This document shows, in pieces, positions 50,525 to 59,658 of a stretch of DNA of 64,000 nt. Source of the DNA: Eubacteriales bacterium. GTDB lineage: Bacteria > Bacillota > Clostridia > Lachnospirales > Lachnospiraceae. The notes under the pieces were generated by a model. That model saw only the letters and a program-made list of their open reading frames with translations. It did no database searches and was not told the origin of the DNA. Location: positions 17,429 to 81,428 of the forward strand of contig JAWXVA010000003.1 of assembly GCA_044425815.1 (NCBI GenBank), given 5' to 3'. Position numbers and translations under genes: made by a program. Each line of letters starts with the position of its first letter. Positions within the stretch are counted from its first letter, which is position 1.

Positions 50525-51418
50525 TCACTCTAAGCTGCTTTCCCCTGTAGCATAATCAATCACCACTCCTGGTTGTACATTATAGCAGTACATATAGAAG
50601 CAAATCCCTGCTCCTTCATCTTCTACGGAATAAGCTTCGATTGATATGCCATTTGCCAAAAGATTCTCACCTTGAAAATGAGGTGTTATGCGATACATGA
50701 CGTGATTCTCTGTTTCTTTCACATAATCTGCCACCATATTTTCAAATGGTAACATTCCATCGACATTGAAATATCGCGTTCCCGTTATTAAGTTCAATTC
50801 ATTCGCATCTTCCCCGCTTAATTGCCACCCAATCAGATGGCTTCTATTATATAGCCACCCACCATCTACTATATCATAACTCGCTTGAATCCACCCTGTT
50901 GGCGTTACGCTTGAAATATCATCTCGTTCTTCTGTCGGCATTAAGTCAACACCTACACAAGCTTCTACAACACCTACTCGCCCCAAGTAATCCAGCTCAC
51001 TATACATTTCATATGATGTAACACAGGATAATTCCTCTGCAGTAAATAAGGGCACATTATTATTTAGAACTACATAGGCCTCTCCAGTGTAGACTCCTAC
51101 TTCATCTAAATTTGCAACGCCTTGTTCACTCGCAGAATCAACTTCTTCCGACTGATCTAGTATCGAAAAGTCGAACGACACATTATACTCTTGTACAATA
51201 TCCGTTATGGTCTGAAAATCTTTGGTATCGTATTCTACTATCTGATTTCCCAAGAATATTAACGCAAATGCCATTAGCGTAGATGCTAGTGACAATCCTA
51301 ATAATCTAAGTCTGCTATTTGGAACATTCTTTGTATTACTCTTTGTATTACTCTTTGTATTACTCTTTGTAGCACTCTTTCTCTTCTTGTAATTCTTTCT
51401 AGTTCTTTGTTTGCTCAT
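50525..51418 (-). CDS. Membrane-anchored DNA/RNA non-specific endonuclease (EndA/streptodornase-like)
   Basis: Basic N-terminus plus TM; YSELD.LGR.G, P.GW, YNRSHLIG.QL.G...N..NLITGTR..N..GM..FE, Y.VTP.F.G.NL. Confidence 0.88.
   Translation of the reverse strand: MSKQRTRKNYKKRKSATKSNTKSNTKSNTKNVPNSRLRLLGLSLASTLMAFALIFLGNQIVEYDTKDFQTITDIVQEYNVSFDFSILDQSEEVDSASEQGVANLDEVGVYTGEAYVVLNNNVPLFTAEELSCVTSYEMYSELDYLGRVGVVEACVGVDLMPTEERDDISSVTPTGWIQASYDIVDGGWLYNRSHLIGWQLSGEDANELNLITGTRYFNVDGMLPFENMVADYVKETENHVMYRITPHFQGENLLANGISIEAYSVEDEGAGICFYMYCYNVQPGVVIDYATGESSLE
51329..51376. repeat. 12-bp in-frame tandem repeat encoding KSNT x3 plus KSAT
   Basis: ctttgtattact x3 plus ctttgtagcact. Confidence 0.92.
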
Positions 51419-51560
51419 TGCTATATCATTACCTTCATATGAATTGTTTTTGATGCCCCTTATTGTAACAAACTACTCATACAATTACTAGCTAAGTCCC
51501 TGATTTTATCACTGTAATCCCACTCTCTACAATTATAAATATTAAAAAGCAATAAATTCA

Positions 51561-51589
51561 TTGTACATTTGCATTGAAAATGCTATATT
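51561..51589 (+). promoter_or_regulatory. sigmaA promoter of the EIIC-EAL gene
   Basis: TTGTAC-17 bp-TATATT with TGn extension. Confidence 0.55.
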
Positions 51590-51672
51590 TGAAGTCAGGT
51601 TTTCTTTCAAATTTCGTTACTATTTCCTTTCGATAATAGCAACGAGTATACTAATAAAGGTAGGATATAATT

Positions 51673-53754
51673 ATGCGTACTAAGATTTGGAGCTTTTTAT
51701 TTGTTTTAGAAAAAAATGCGGTGTTCTCTTCTGTGAAGAAGGGATTAATGCTTTCTTTTCTTATCTTTTTATTTGGATCTGTATCAAGATTAGTCTATGC
51801 TCTTCCATATGAAAATGTACATAATTTACTCTATGTCTGGCATAATGGCTTAATAGATAACACATTGACAGCACTTCTGACTGCTACTGATAGTCGACTT
51901 TCGCTTTATCTAGTAATTGCGATTAGCTATTACTATGCTCAAAGTAAAAACCTACAAAATTCCGTACTGCTTTTAATGGCTATTACTGTTTCTGTGATTA
52001 ACTTTATGATGATAGCTAATATAATGGGCGGATCTGATTATATGACACTGCTAGGAATATCTGGAATCGTCTTAGCGATATCCTCAGCTATTATCTCTAC
52101 ATTATCATTCACATTTTTCACAAAACTCATTATGACTCGCCGCCATCTAACAGATCTAGGATCAGATGACAACTTAAAAATGTCCTCGCTGTCTGTGCTC
52201 CCTATGTTATGCACACTAATTCTTAACGCAATCTTTTATTCTTTTATTGCAGATTTTTTAGACTTTACAAGTATCTATGACAATGCGCTAAATCAAATCA
52301 TGAACTTTTTTAACAATTCAAACAATGAATATTTTAGTGGGTTAATCTATTTACTTCTTATAAATTCGCTTTGGTTTTTCGGTATCCATGGTGGCAACGT
52401 ACTACAAACGATTACTGATCAAGTTTTTATTCCTAACGTTATAGACTCTAGTAGTATAATTTCTAAAAGCTTCATTACTACCTTTGCACACATTGGTGGC
52501 TGTGGAACTATGTTCTGTTTAATGTTAGCCGCTATTGTTGTTTCTCGCCGGCGAGGACGCAGTTATAAAGGAATGATTCGTTGGTCTTTCATTCTTGTCC
52601 CTATAAATATTAGCGAATTAGTAGTTTTTGGCTTCTCATTTATCCTGAATCCTATTATGCTAATTCCTCTTATTTTAGTACCATTGGTCTCTCTTTCTAT
52701 CGCGTATTGGGCTACAGTTATTAATTTTATGCCTATTGTCAATAATTCAATTGGTTGGGCGATACCCGTCTTCTTTAGTGGTTATCTCACCACGCACAAT
52801 ATAACAGGCGTTGTTGTGCAACTATTAATTCTTATATGTGGTACTTTGATTTACATTCCTTTTGTAGATCTTCATGAACAATTTCAGGAAGAAAGAGAAT
52901 CTCGTATTTTAGAACTACTGATTAATGATTTTCAACAACATGAAAAAGATGGTCTTGAATTTTCGCTCTTGTCACGTAGTGATGTTGGCGGGCAAATTGC
53001 TAAAGCTGTTGCTAAACGTCTCAGAAGTGATTTAGATAACCACTCAATCCCAATATACTATCAACCTCAATTAAACCAAGACGATAGTGTCATAGGTGCT
53101 GAAGCTTTACTTCGTTGGCGTTATCAAGATAAGGTACTCTACCCACCTTTTGTAATTGCACTAGCTCAAGAAGAAGGGATTCAGGACGCCTTAACATTAG
53201 AAATATTAAATACTGTAGCTTCTTCTATCAGTGAAATCACTAATATCCTCAAACAGGATTTACATTTTTCTATGAATTTCGGAGCATCACAAATTAATAA
53301 TATTGTATTTGTTAACAAAGTAATTGATATTATTCAACAACATGGCGTAAACAATCAAATCTACTTAGAGCTTACGGAAGAAACATCCATAAGCGGATTA
53401 AAGCAGTTGAAATCCAATATTATGCTTCTATCGGAAATGGGAATCGATATGGCTATTGATGACTTTGGTATGGGACAAACTTCTTTGAATTATTTAAAAG
53501 AAAATAACTTTAAATATGTAAAACTAGACGGCGAACTAGTCAAGCATTTGCTAGAACAACCTCGCTGTGCTGAAATCATTACATCTATCATCAATTTAGG
53601 AGAAACCTTAGAATATAAAGTAATCGCTGAATTTGTAGAAACAAAAGAATTAAAAGATAAACTATTAGATCTTGGATGTTTTATTTATCAAGGCTACTAT
53701 TATAGCCCTGCACTTCCAAAAGAAGACTTTATTGTATATTGCTCCAAGTATTAA
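51673..53754 (+). CDS. PTS EIIC (lactose/cellobiose family)-EAL phosphodiesterase fusion
   Basis: LWFFGIHGGNV, GGCG, ILNP, PVFFSG in the TM part; YYQPQ, GAEALLRW, LELTE, IDDFGMG, VKLD, IAEFVE, YQGYYYS in the EAL part. Confidence 0.9.
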   Translation: MRTKIWSFLFVLEKNAVFSSVKKGLMLSFLIFLFGSVSRLVYALPYENVHNLLYVWHNGLIDNTLTALLTATDSRLSLYLVIAISYYYAQSKNLQNSVLLLMAITVSVINFMMIANIMGGSDYMTLLGISGIVLAISSAIISTLSFTFFTKLIMTRRHLTDLGSDDNLKMSSLSVLPMLCTLILNAIFYSFIADFLDFTSIYDNALNQIMNFFNNSNNEYFSGLIYLLLINSLWFFGIHGGNVLQTITDQVFIPNVIDSSSIISKSFITTFAHIGGCGTMFCLMLAAIVVSRRRGRSYKGMIRWSFILVPINISELVVFGFSFILNPIMLIPLILVPLVSLSIAYWATVINFMPIVNNSIGWAIPVFFSGYLTTHNITGVVVQLLILICGTLIYIPFVDLHEQFQEERESRILELLINDFQQHEKDGLEFSLLSRSDVGGQIAKAVAKRLRSDLDNHSIPIYYQPQLNQDDSVIGAEALLRWRYQDKVLYPPFVIALAQEEGIQDALTLEILNTVASSISEITNILKQDLHFSMNFGASQINNIVFVNKVIDIIQQHGVNNQIYLELTEETSISGLKQLKSNIMLLSEMGIDMAIDDFGMGQTSLNYLKENNFKYVKLDGELVKHLLEQPRCAEIITSIINLGETLEYKVIAEFVETKELKDKLLDLGCFIYQGYYYSPALPKEDFIVYCSKY

Positions 53755-53765
53755 CTATCTCTAAC

Positions 53766-53809
53766 AAATAGAATCATGATACAATTTCATGATTCTATTT
53801 CTTTTTTTT
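53766..53809. terminator. Perfect 14-bp hairpin between the convergent EAL and nth genes
   Basis: aaatagaatcatga-tacaatt-tcatgattctattt followed by a T run; contains the nth stop. Confidence 0.8.
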
Positions 53810-54439
53810 CTTATATTGCTCAAATTGCTCTCGCTTACATTCCTTTGCAAATACACACTCCTCACAATTTGGACGTAAAGCTTTACAATGGTAACGACCA
53901 AAAAAGATGAAACTATGGTGGGCTTTATTCCAGCGATTCCTATCAAGTTTTCGCTTTAATTTACGCTCTACATCTTCCACTTTATCATCGAACTTTGCTA
54001 GTCCCAAACGTTTCGACACACGTTCCACATGCGTATCCACTGCAAATGCTGGTATATCATAGGCTACGGACAGAACCACATTAGCAGTCTTTCTCCCCAC
54101 GCCAGCTAGGCTAGTTAATTCTTTCATGGTCGCTGGCACTTGACTATTATATTCGAGAACCAAGGTGGTAGATAAAGATTTAATCATTTTAGATTTATTG
54201 CGATATAGTCCTATCTTCGTAAGATAACTTTCTATTTCTGTGATATCACCTTCCATTAAATCTTCTGGTGTTGGAAAACGCTGAAATAACGCTGGTGTCA
54301 CCTTGTTCACCGCTTCATCCGTAGTTTGTGCACTGAGTACTACTGCTATAATTAATTCATATGGATTCCTATGGTGCAATGCACATTCTGCATCTGGAAA
54401 CATTTTGTCCATTTCATCTAAGATATAATTAGCATCCAT
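53795..54439 (-). CDS. nth: Endonuclease III
   Basis: LSAQTTD..VN, L.GVGRKTANVV, AVDTHV.RV.KRLG, GRYHCKA.RP.C..C....C Fe-S motif. Confidence 0.96.
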   Translation of the reverse strand: MDANYILDEMDKMFPDAECALHHRNPYELIIAVVLSAQTTDEAVNKVTPALFQRFPTPEDLMEGDITEIESYLTKIGLYRNKSKMIKSLSTTLVLEYNSQVPATMKELTSLAGVGRKTANVVLSVAYDIPAFAVDTHVERVSKRLGLAKFDDKVEDVERKLKRKLDRNRWNKAHHSFIFFGRYHCKALRPNCEECVFAKECKREQFEQYKKKKK

Positions 54440-54565
54440 TTCTACTCCCCTTTTCATCATATAATATTATCAACCCTATTGTACCATAGTATATATATTA
54501 GTAAATAAATATTAAGGTATTTTCTTTTCACTAATCATCATACTAGCAGTTACCGGCATAATAAT

Positions 54566-54609
54566 AGGAAAGGCTAAATAGATATTTTCTCATCTATTTA
54601 GCCTTTCCT
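54566..54609 (-). terminator. Terminator of the iron uptake operon
   Basis: Perfect 18-bp stem aggaaaggctaaatagat / atctatttagcctttcct. Confidence 0.8.
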
Positions 54610-54635
54610 TTATTTTAAAAAACTTAATTTTTTTC

Positions 54636-55697
54636 TTAGTTTTCTAAGTAATCGTATCTATTTGTTACTTGTGTTCCATCAAGTACGAAATTACTAACAT
54701 CTGTTACTCTCATGTACGCTGCCATAGAACCATTTGAACGATTCCATACGTTATGCGCAAATTCAAATACATTTCCGTTTTGAACTGCTGTTAAATTTTG
54801 CCAGATTGGAGATGCTTCGTACTCTGCGAAATCTTCCCAGCTCTCTACGTTAATGAATAAGTAATCTGGATCAAATTCTAATAAGTTCTCAAGTGCTAAG
54901 TATCCACTCTCTTCTGGGAAACCTTCTGGAAGTGATAATCCAAGGTTCACATATACGTGTGGATGTGATGTTGCAAGGCTGTATTGAACCCCTTTTGTAG
55001 AAATTTGTGTTACAATTGCTGTCTTTCCTTCTAAGTCAATTCCTGCTTCTTCGATTAATGTGTTGTATTCTTCTACTGTTGCATCATACGCAGCGATATT
55101 TGCCTCTGCTTCTTCTACTCTATCAATCAATAATGCTAATGTTTCATGGATTTGCTTCCAGTCTTTGTATCCTTCTTCATCTGTGCTTAATGCTGATGGT
55201 AGGAAATATGTTGGAGCAATTGCATTTAACTTATCTGCATATTCAATATTTGACTCACTTGTAATAATATAATCTACGTTAAGCTCTAATAATTGTTCGA
55301 AATCAATTCCATCATCTGTTGCATTAATTGGAATAATATTTTCTAAAACACTTCTATCTGGATAGAATCTTCCATATCCATCTAAATAAGAAACTATTTG
55401 TGCATTTGTAGCATCTTCTGCTGGTTCATTTGTAATTGGTGAAGCTACTGGTGTTACACCCATGTGTAGACAATGATCAAGGTATCCCCAATCAAGAATC
55501 GCGAAATTACCGAATTCTTCTGGAAGTTCTTTCTCTCCATCTGCCATTGTTACAGTTGTTCCTGAAGCTTCTGTTGAAGCAGAATCTGCTTCTGCTACTA
55601 CTGTTGTTTCTGTTGCAACTTCTTCTGTTTTACCACAAGCTGCGAATGCACTTAATGAAAGTGCTGCTACTAATACTGCTGAAATAATTCTTTTCAT
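54636..55697 (-). CDS. Fe-siderophore/heme-type ABC substrate-binding lipoprotein (FhuD/FatB-like)
   Basis: Lipobox SAFAAC, L.MGVTPVA, IDFEQLLEL..DYII, PIWQNL.AVQNGNV. ATG 55697. Confidence 0.85.
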   Translation of the reverse strand: MKRIISAVLVAALSLSAFAACGKTEEVATETTVVAEADSASTEASGTTVTMADGEKELPEEFGNFAILDWGYLDHCLHMGVTPVASPITNEPAEDATNAQIVSYLDGYGRFYPDRSVLENIIPINATDDGIDFEQLLELNVDYIITSESNIEYADKLNAIAPTYFLPSALSTDEEGYKDWKQIHETLALLIDRVEEAEANIAAYDATVEEYNTLIEEAGIDLEGKTAIVTQISTKGVQYSLATSHPHVYVNLGLSLPEGFPEESGYLALENLLEFDPDYLFINVESWEDFAEYEASPIWQNLTAVQNGNVFEFAHNVWNRSNGSMAAYMRVTDVSNFVLDGTQVTNRYDYLEN

Positions 55698-55769
55698 ATT
55701 ATGTTTTCCTTTTCTTTCTTGATTTTTTTTATTATAATTATGGATTTCCATAGATTATACAAGTTATAT

Positions 55770-56786
55770 TTACCTATCTTGTGCATACAATAAATACAAT
55801 AGATACGGTGCGCCTAGTATTGAAATCGTAATTCCTACTGGTACATAGAGGGCTGCGTTAATATCATTCACAAGAATCTTCGCTACGATATCCGCTAACA
55901 TCACTAATCCTGCGCCAAATAGCATCGAAATCGGTAAGAATAATTTGAAGTTCGACCCTACTAGCCTCTTAGCAATATGTGGTGCAATCAAGCCTACAAA
56001 ACCAATGGTTCCTGCCACATACACTGCTACTGAACTTAGAATAATCGTAATATACAATAATTTTCTTCGTTCTTTCCTCAAATCAATTCCTAGTCCTACA
56101 GACATCTCATCACCTAGATTCAAGATGTTTAGTGTGAATGTTTTATAGAAAATGTAGATAAAACAAGGAACCGCTCCTGCTATTCCAATAAATATCATTT
56201 TCCATGTTGCATAGGTTAGATTCCCTGCTTGTGATAAAGTAAGCATGAGATAAGCATCCGCACTTAATTTCATAGTGAGAAGCAACGATACTGCTCCAAT
56301 ACAAGAGTTCACTGCAATACCATTTAGAATTAACTTTGTTGGAGATAAATTATGTTTCATAGCCAATCCATATACGAGACTGAACACAATAAATCCGCCA
56401 ATAATAGCTGCAATTGGATATGGTACCAACATTGGGAATCCTTTGTCAAATAGGTAAACTACTATCAGGATTCCAAAGCTCGCCCCTGATGATACACCTA
56501 TCATATTTGGTGTTGCTAACGGATTTCTAGTTACACCTTGCATCACTGCTCCTGCAGCTGCTAGGCAAACCCCTACGAAGATAGCAACCACTGTTCGTGG
56601 AATACGAAGCTGCCATATGATGAAATTTTCTTGATCTGTTCCTTGTCCGAATAACGTTGCAATAATTCTTTCGATTGGTAGCGGTGTATATCCTATATTA
56701 ACAGACCAGATCAGTCCTACGATGAGAAGCACGATTAATGTAGGAAATAGTATCCTGGCTCTCTGCTTATTTGATAAATGTTTCAT
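55770..56786 (-). CDS. FecCD family iron-chelate ABC permease
   Basis: LRIPR, QGVTRNPLA.P..IGVSSGA, GTIGFVGLIAPH.A, GAPY. Confidence 0.93.
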   Translation of the reverse strand: MKHLSNKQRARILFPTLIVLLIVGLIWSVNIGYTPLPIERIIATLFGQGTDQENFIIWQLRIPRTVVAIFVGVCLAAAGAVMQGVTRNPLATPNMIGVSSGASFGILIVVYLFDKGFPMLVPYPIAAIIGGFIVFSLVYGLAMKHNLSPTKLILNGIAVNSCIGAVSLLLTMKLSADAYLMLTLSQAGNLTYATWKMIFIGIAGAVPCFIYIFYKTFTLNILNLGDEMSVGLGIDLRKERRKLLYITIILSSVAVYVAGTIGFVGLIAPHIAKRLVGSNFKLFLPISMLFGAGLVMLADIVAKILVNDINAALYVPVGITISILGAPYLLYLLYAQDR

Positions 56787-57793
56787 TAGAATACTCCTTT
56801 CGCTTTTTTCGAATTAATAAGATAAAGGAATATTGGAATACCAATAATTGAAGTAATCAATCCGACTGGTGTCTCCACTGGCATATTGACCAATCTACTT
56901 ACCACATCTGCAATCACAAGTAACATACTTCCAAATAGTGCAGAATACGGAATTACTTTTCTATAATCTTCTCCTGTGCTCATCTTCACAATATTTGGAA
57001 TTATCAATCCGATAAATCCAATATTTCCGACAACACTTACCGTAGAAGCTGCGATAAATACAACGCTAATTACACCTAACAATTTTGTAAGCTTTACATT
57101 CTGTCCTAGTGAAATCGCCGTTTCATCTCCCATCCCAAGTACTGTCAATCTTCCTGAAATACAAAATGCAATCACGACTCCTACAACTCCTAGCATTAGA
57201 ACCCCTATTCCAATCCATCGTATTCCTAATAACCCTGAATTGTTCCATAGATAAATCCCTGCTCCTTGCTCTGTATAAGACCATAATGTAATCGCTGTAC
57301 TAATTGCTGAAAACAATGTTCCAAGTGCTGTTCCTGCGAGTAAGAGCTTAATTCCCGACTCATTTCCCTTTATTCTTGAAGATAAGCTAAAAATAATGAT
57401 AGTGGATATAGCTGCACCAATCATTGAAAACGTAAGATTCGTAACATAAGTATTCGCTCCTAAGTTGATGGAATATGCAATAGTTAAACCTAAATTTGCT
57501 CCACTGCTAACCCCTACCACATCTGGACTTGCAAGATAGTTTCTTGTAATCCCTTGCATCACTGCACCACCTACTGCTAGAAATCCTCCCACTAATAACG
57601 CTCCAATGATTCTCGGAAACTTAATGGTTCTATTTACATAATGAATTAAATTCTCTGGATCATAATTGAAAATCGAATCCTTTACTTCCTGCAATGTTGA
57701 CGCAGGCGATAAGTACGTCAATGTAGTATACGCACAAACTAGAAATATTCCCAAAAACAGAATAACCCACGCCCTTAACGAAATTTTCTTCAT
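56786..57793 (-). CDS. FecCD family iron-chelate ABC permease
   Basis: FPR..GA, QGITRN.LASP...GVSSGA, GNIGFIGLIIP, P.ETPVG. Confidence 0.93.
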   Translation of the reverse strand: MKKISLRAWVILFLGIFLVCAYTTLTYLSPASTLQEVKDSIFNYDPENLIHYVNRTIKFPRIIGALLVGGFLAVGGAVMQGITRNYLASPDVVGVSSGANLGLTIAYSINLGANTYVTNLTFSMIGAAISTIIIFSLSSRIKGNESGIKLLLAGTALGTLFSAISTAITLWSYTEQGAGIYLWNNSGLLGIRWIGIGVLMLGVVGVVIAFCISGRLTVLGMGDETAISLGQNVKLTKLLGVISVVFIAASTVSVVGNIGFIGLIIPNIVKMSTGEDYRKVIPYSALFGSMLLVIADVVSRLVNMPVETPVGLITSIIGIPIFLYLINSKKAKGVF

Positions 57794-57798
57794 TTATC

Positions 57799-58596
57799 TT
57801 ATCCCTCCTTCTGTAGCAATTCATAAGAAATGCACACAGGAATATCTGTATCTGGTAGGTTCATAAGATGAGCATCTATGTTAAATACTTTCTTTAGTGC
57901 TTCTTTAGTCATTACTTGAGATGGAGCGCCTTGCTCCACGATAGTCCCTTTCTTTAGCATTACGATTTCATCTGAAAATCGACTTGCTTGGTTAATATCA
58001 TGAAGAACCATAATTACTGTGATTTTCTTCTCTTTATTTAATGCCTGTACTAATTGAAGAACTTCTAACTGGTATGCCATATCTAAATATGTAGTTGGTT
58101 CATCTAATAAAATCACCTCTGTCTGCTGCGCTAATACCATGGCTATCCAAACACGTTGTCTCTGTCCACCTGATAAAGAGTTAATGTTTCTATCTTTGAA
58201 TTCTTTCAAATCTGTTTGTTCTAGTGCCCATTCCACAATTTCGTGATCTTCTTTGTTTAATCGACCATTACTTTTCTTGTGCGGAAATCTTCCATATTCC
58301 ACAATTTCAGAAACCGTAAGTCCATTTGGTGCTTTCGGACTCTGCGGAAGCATTCCTATAATTTGTGCTATTTTCTTTGTATTTGTTTTATGTACATTGA
58401 ACTCTTCCACCATAATCTCACCTTGTTTCGGCTTCAAAATACGTCCAATTGATTTTAATAGCGTTGATTTTCCACAACCATTTTCACCAATAATCGTTGT
58501 GACTGTCCCTTTTTTGATTGTTAAGGATAAATCATCAATAATAATATTGTTTTCATATCCTACCTTAATCCCATTTATATTGATTATACTTTTCAA
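57799..58596 (-). CDS. Iron-chelate ABC transporter ATPase (FhuC-like)
   Basis: GENGCGKSTLL, LPQS, GRFPH, LSGGQRQRVWIAM.LAQ, LDEPTTYLD. Confidence 0.95.
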   Translation of the reverse strand: MKSIININGIKVGYENNIIIDDLSLTIKKGTVTTIIGENGCGKSTLLKSIGRILKPKQGEIMVEEFNVHKTNTKKIAQIIGMLPQSPKAPNGLTVSEIVEYGRFPHKKSNGRLNKEDHEIVEWALEQTDLKEFKDRNINSLSGGQRQRVWIAMVLAQQTEVILLDEPTTYLDMAYQLEVLQLVQALNKEKKITVIMVLHDINQASRFSDEIVMLKKGTIVEQGAPSQVMTKEALKKVFNIDAHLMNLPDTDIPVCISYELLQKEG

Positions 58597-58608
58597 GTTC
58601 CCTGCTCC

Positions 58609-59418
58609 TTATATTCCAGACTTGCCAAATGACAATGCTGTTAAATTATTGTTTTCTTTGAAGTATGCGTTGTTTGTCGCCTTTAATTTTTCAAAAATCT
58701 CATCCTTCTTCTCATCTACAATATGAATTGTTGTTTCAAAATGATTGTCTTTCCCATCATAGATTTTGCAGATTCCACCATTCTTAATGTGTCCCATTTT
58801 ATTGGAATCACTTTTTGCTAAACAGTAGTAAGTTCCATCTGCGATGAACACACTAAAGATTACTTCTCTTTCTTCTTTCGCATCACCGTTTGGATATGTC
58901 ATAAGTACTTGACGGCTATTTTCAAATCGCTCTTTTCCATTTGCTGTGAACTTTGCAAATGTTAGATTTAATTCATCATCGATCTCATACACTTGAGCAC
59001 CACTAAGCGTTACTAGTGCTTGATTCATATGAAGCTTTAAAAACTTCGCTCCATGTGATCGCATTTTCCCTATCATTGGATAACTCTTTTCTAATTCATC
59101 TAAGACTGTCGCTTCTGCCGAAAGCAAATGTGAAGTTAATTGTCCGTGGAATTTCTTAGCACCTTTTCCCACTCCATCTTGAATAAAGGCTGCGAACTTA
59201 GTTCCTTCCCCTAACACCTTCACAAATTGCGACATAGGTGGAACGACTGCAATATGTTGTCCTTGACAATAAAAATAATCAATCGCCTCAACTGTTGGGT
59301 ATTCTGTATCGTTATTCATTGCAACGTATAACAATCTTTGATTTTGGAAAAACTCTTCTACCAATGGTTTCGCCTCTTCAATAGATGGTCTAGTTTTAAA
59401 AATTTCTTTATGATTCAT
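58609..59418 (-). CDS. Uncharacterised protein with two probable PNPOx-like split-barrel domains
   Basis: Two repeats of the split-barrel pattern (LYVA...YP....Y...G..; REVIFSV...GTYYCL....S.KM..I..G). Confidence 0.55.
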   Translation of the reverse strand: MNHKEIFKTRPSIEEAKPLVEEFFQNQRLLYVAMNNDTEYPTVEAIDYFYCQGQHIAVVPPMSQFVKVLGEGTKFAAFIQDGVGKGAKKFHGQLTSHLLSAEATVLDELEKSYPMIGKMRSHGAKFLKLHMNQALVTLSGAQVYEIDDELNLTFAKFTANGKERFENSRQVLMTYPNGDAKEEREVIFSVFIADGTYYCLAKSDSNKMGHIKNGGICKIYDGKDNHFETTIHIVDEKKDEIFEKLKATNNAYFKENNNLTALSFGKSGI

Positions 59419-59457
59419 TTTTTGCTCCTTTTATTTAAAAGTTTAGTTTAAAACTCC

Positions 59458-59546
59458 AGTTAGCTTAAGCTAACTCATTCCCTTTAAAAAAGTGCGAAAA
59501 GTTTTTTTGATTTCACTTTATCACACGCAGTTAGTGTTTTCTAACC
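59458..59546. promoter_or_regulatory. Twin operators AGTTAG-N6-CTAAC
   Basis: AGTTAGCTTAAGCTAACT (59458-59475, perfect palindrome) and AGTTAGTGTTTTCTAACC (59529-59546). Confidence 0.7.
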
Positions 59547-59553
59547 AAGTGCA

Positions 59554-59582
59554 ATTGTATCAAGTGTTAAATCATTTGTCAA
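59554..59582 (-). promoter_or_regulatory. Near-consensus sigmaA promoter of the iron uptake operon
   Basis: TTGACA(59582-59577)-17 bp-TACAAT(59559-59554) with TGn extension. Confidence 0.85.
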
Positions 59583-59658
59583 CTCTTTTCCGCACTTTTA
59601 TTTTTCCATTTTCAGGTTGTATTTAACTTATTTCCATTTTATTATCAGATTATTGATG

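Noticed and set aside
51419-51672. c-di-GMP riboswitch ahead of the EAL gene
   Set aside because: No GGCAAACC/GGGACGCAAAGC-type class I core or class II features are visible.
54636-58596. BtuFCD cobalamin importer identity for the FecCD operon
   Set aside because: No B12 riboswitch upstream, and the operators look metal-repressor-like; substrate remains unproven.
59639-59658. Fur box (ATAATCTGATAAT on the minus strand)
   Set aside because: Only a partial hexamer match, about 60 bp upstream of the -35, in very AT-rich DNA.
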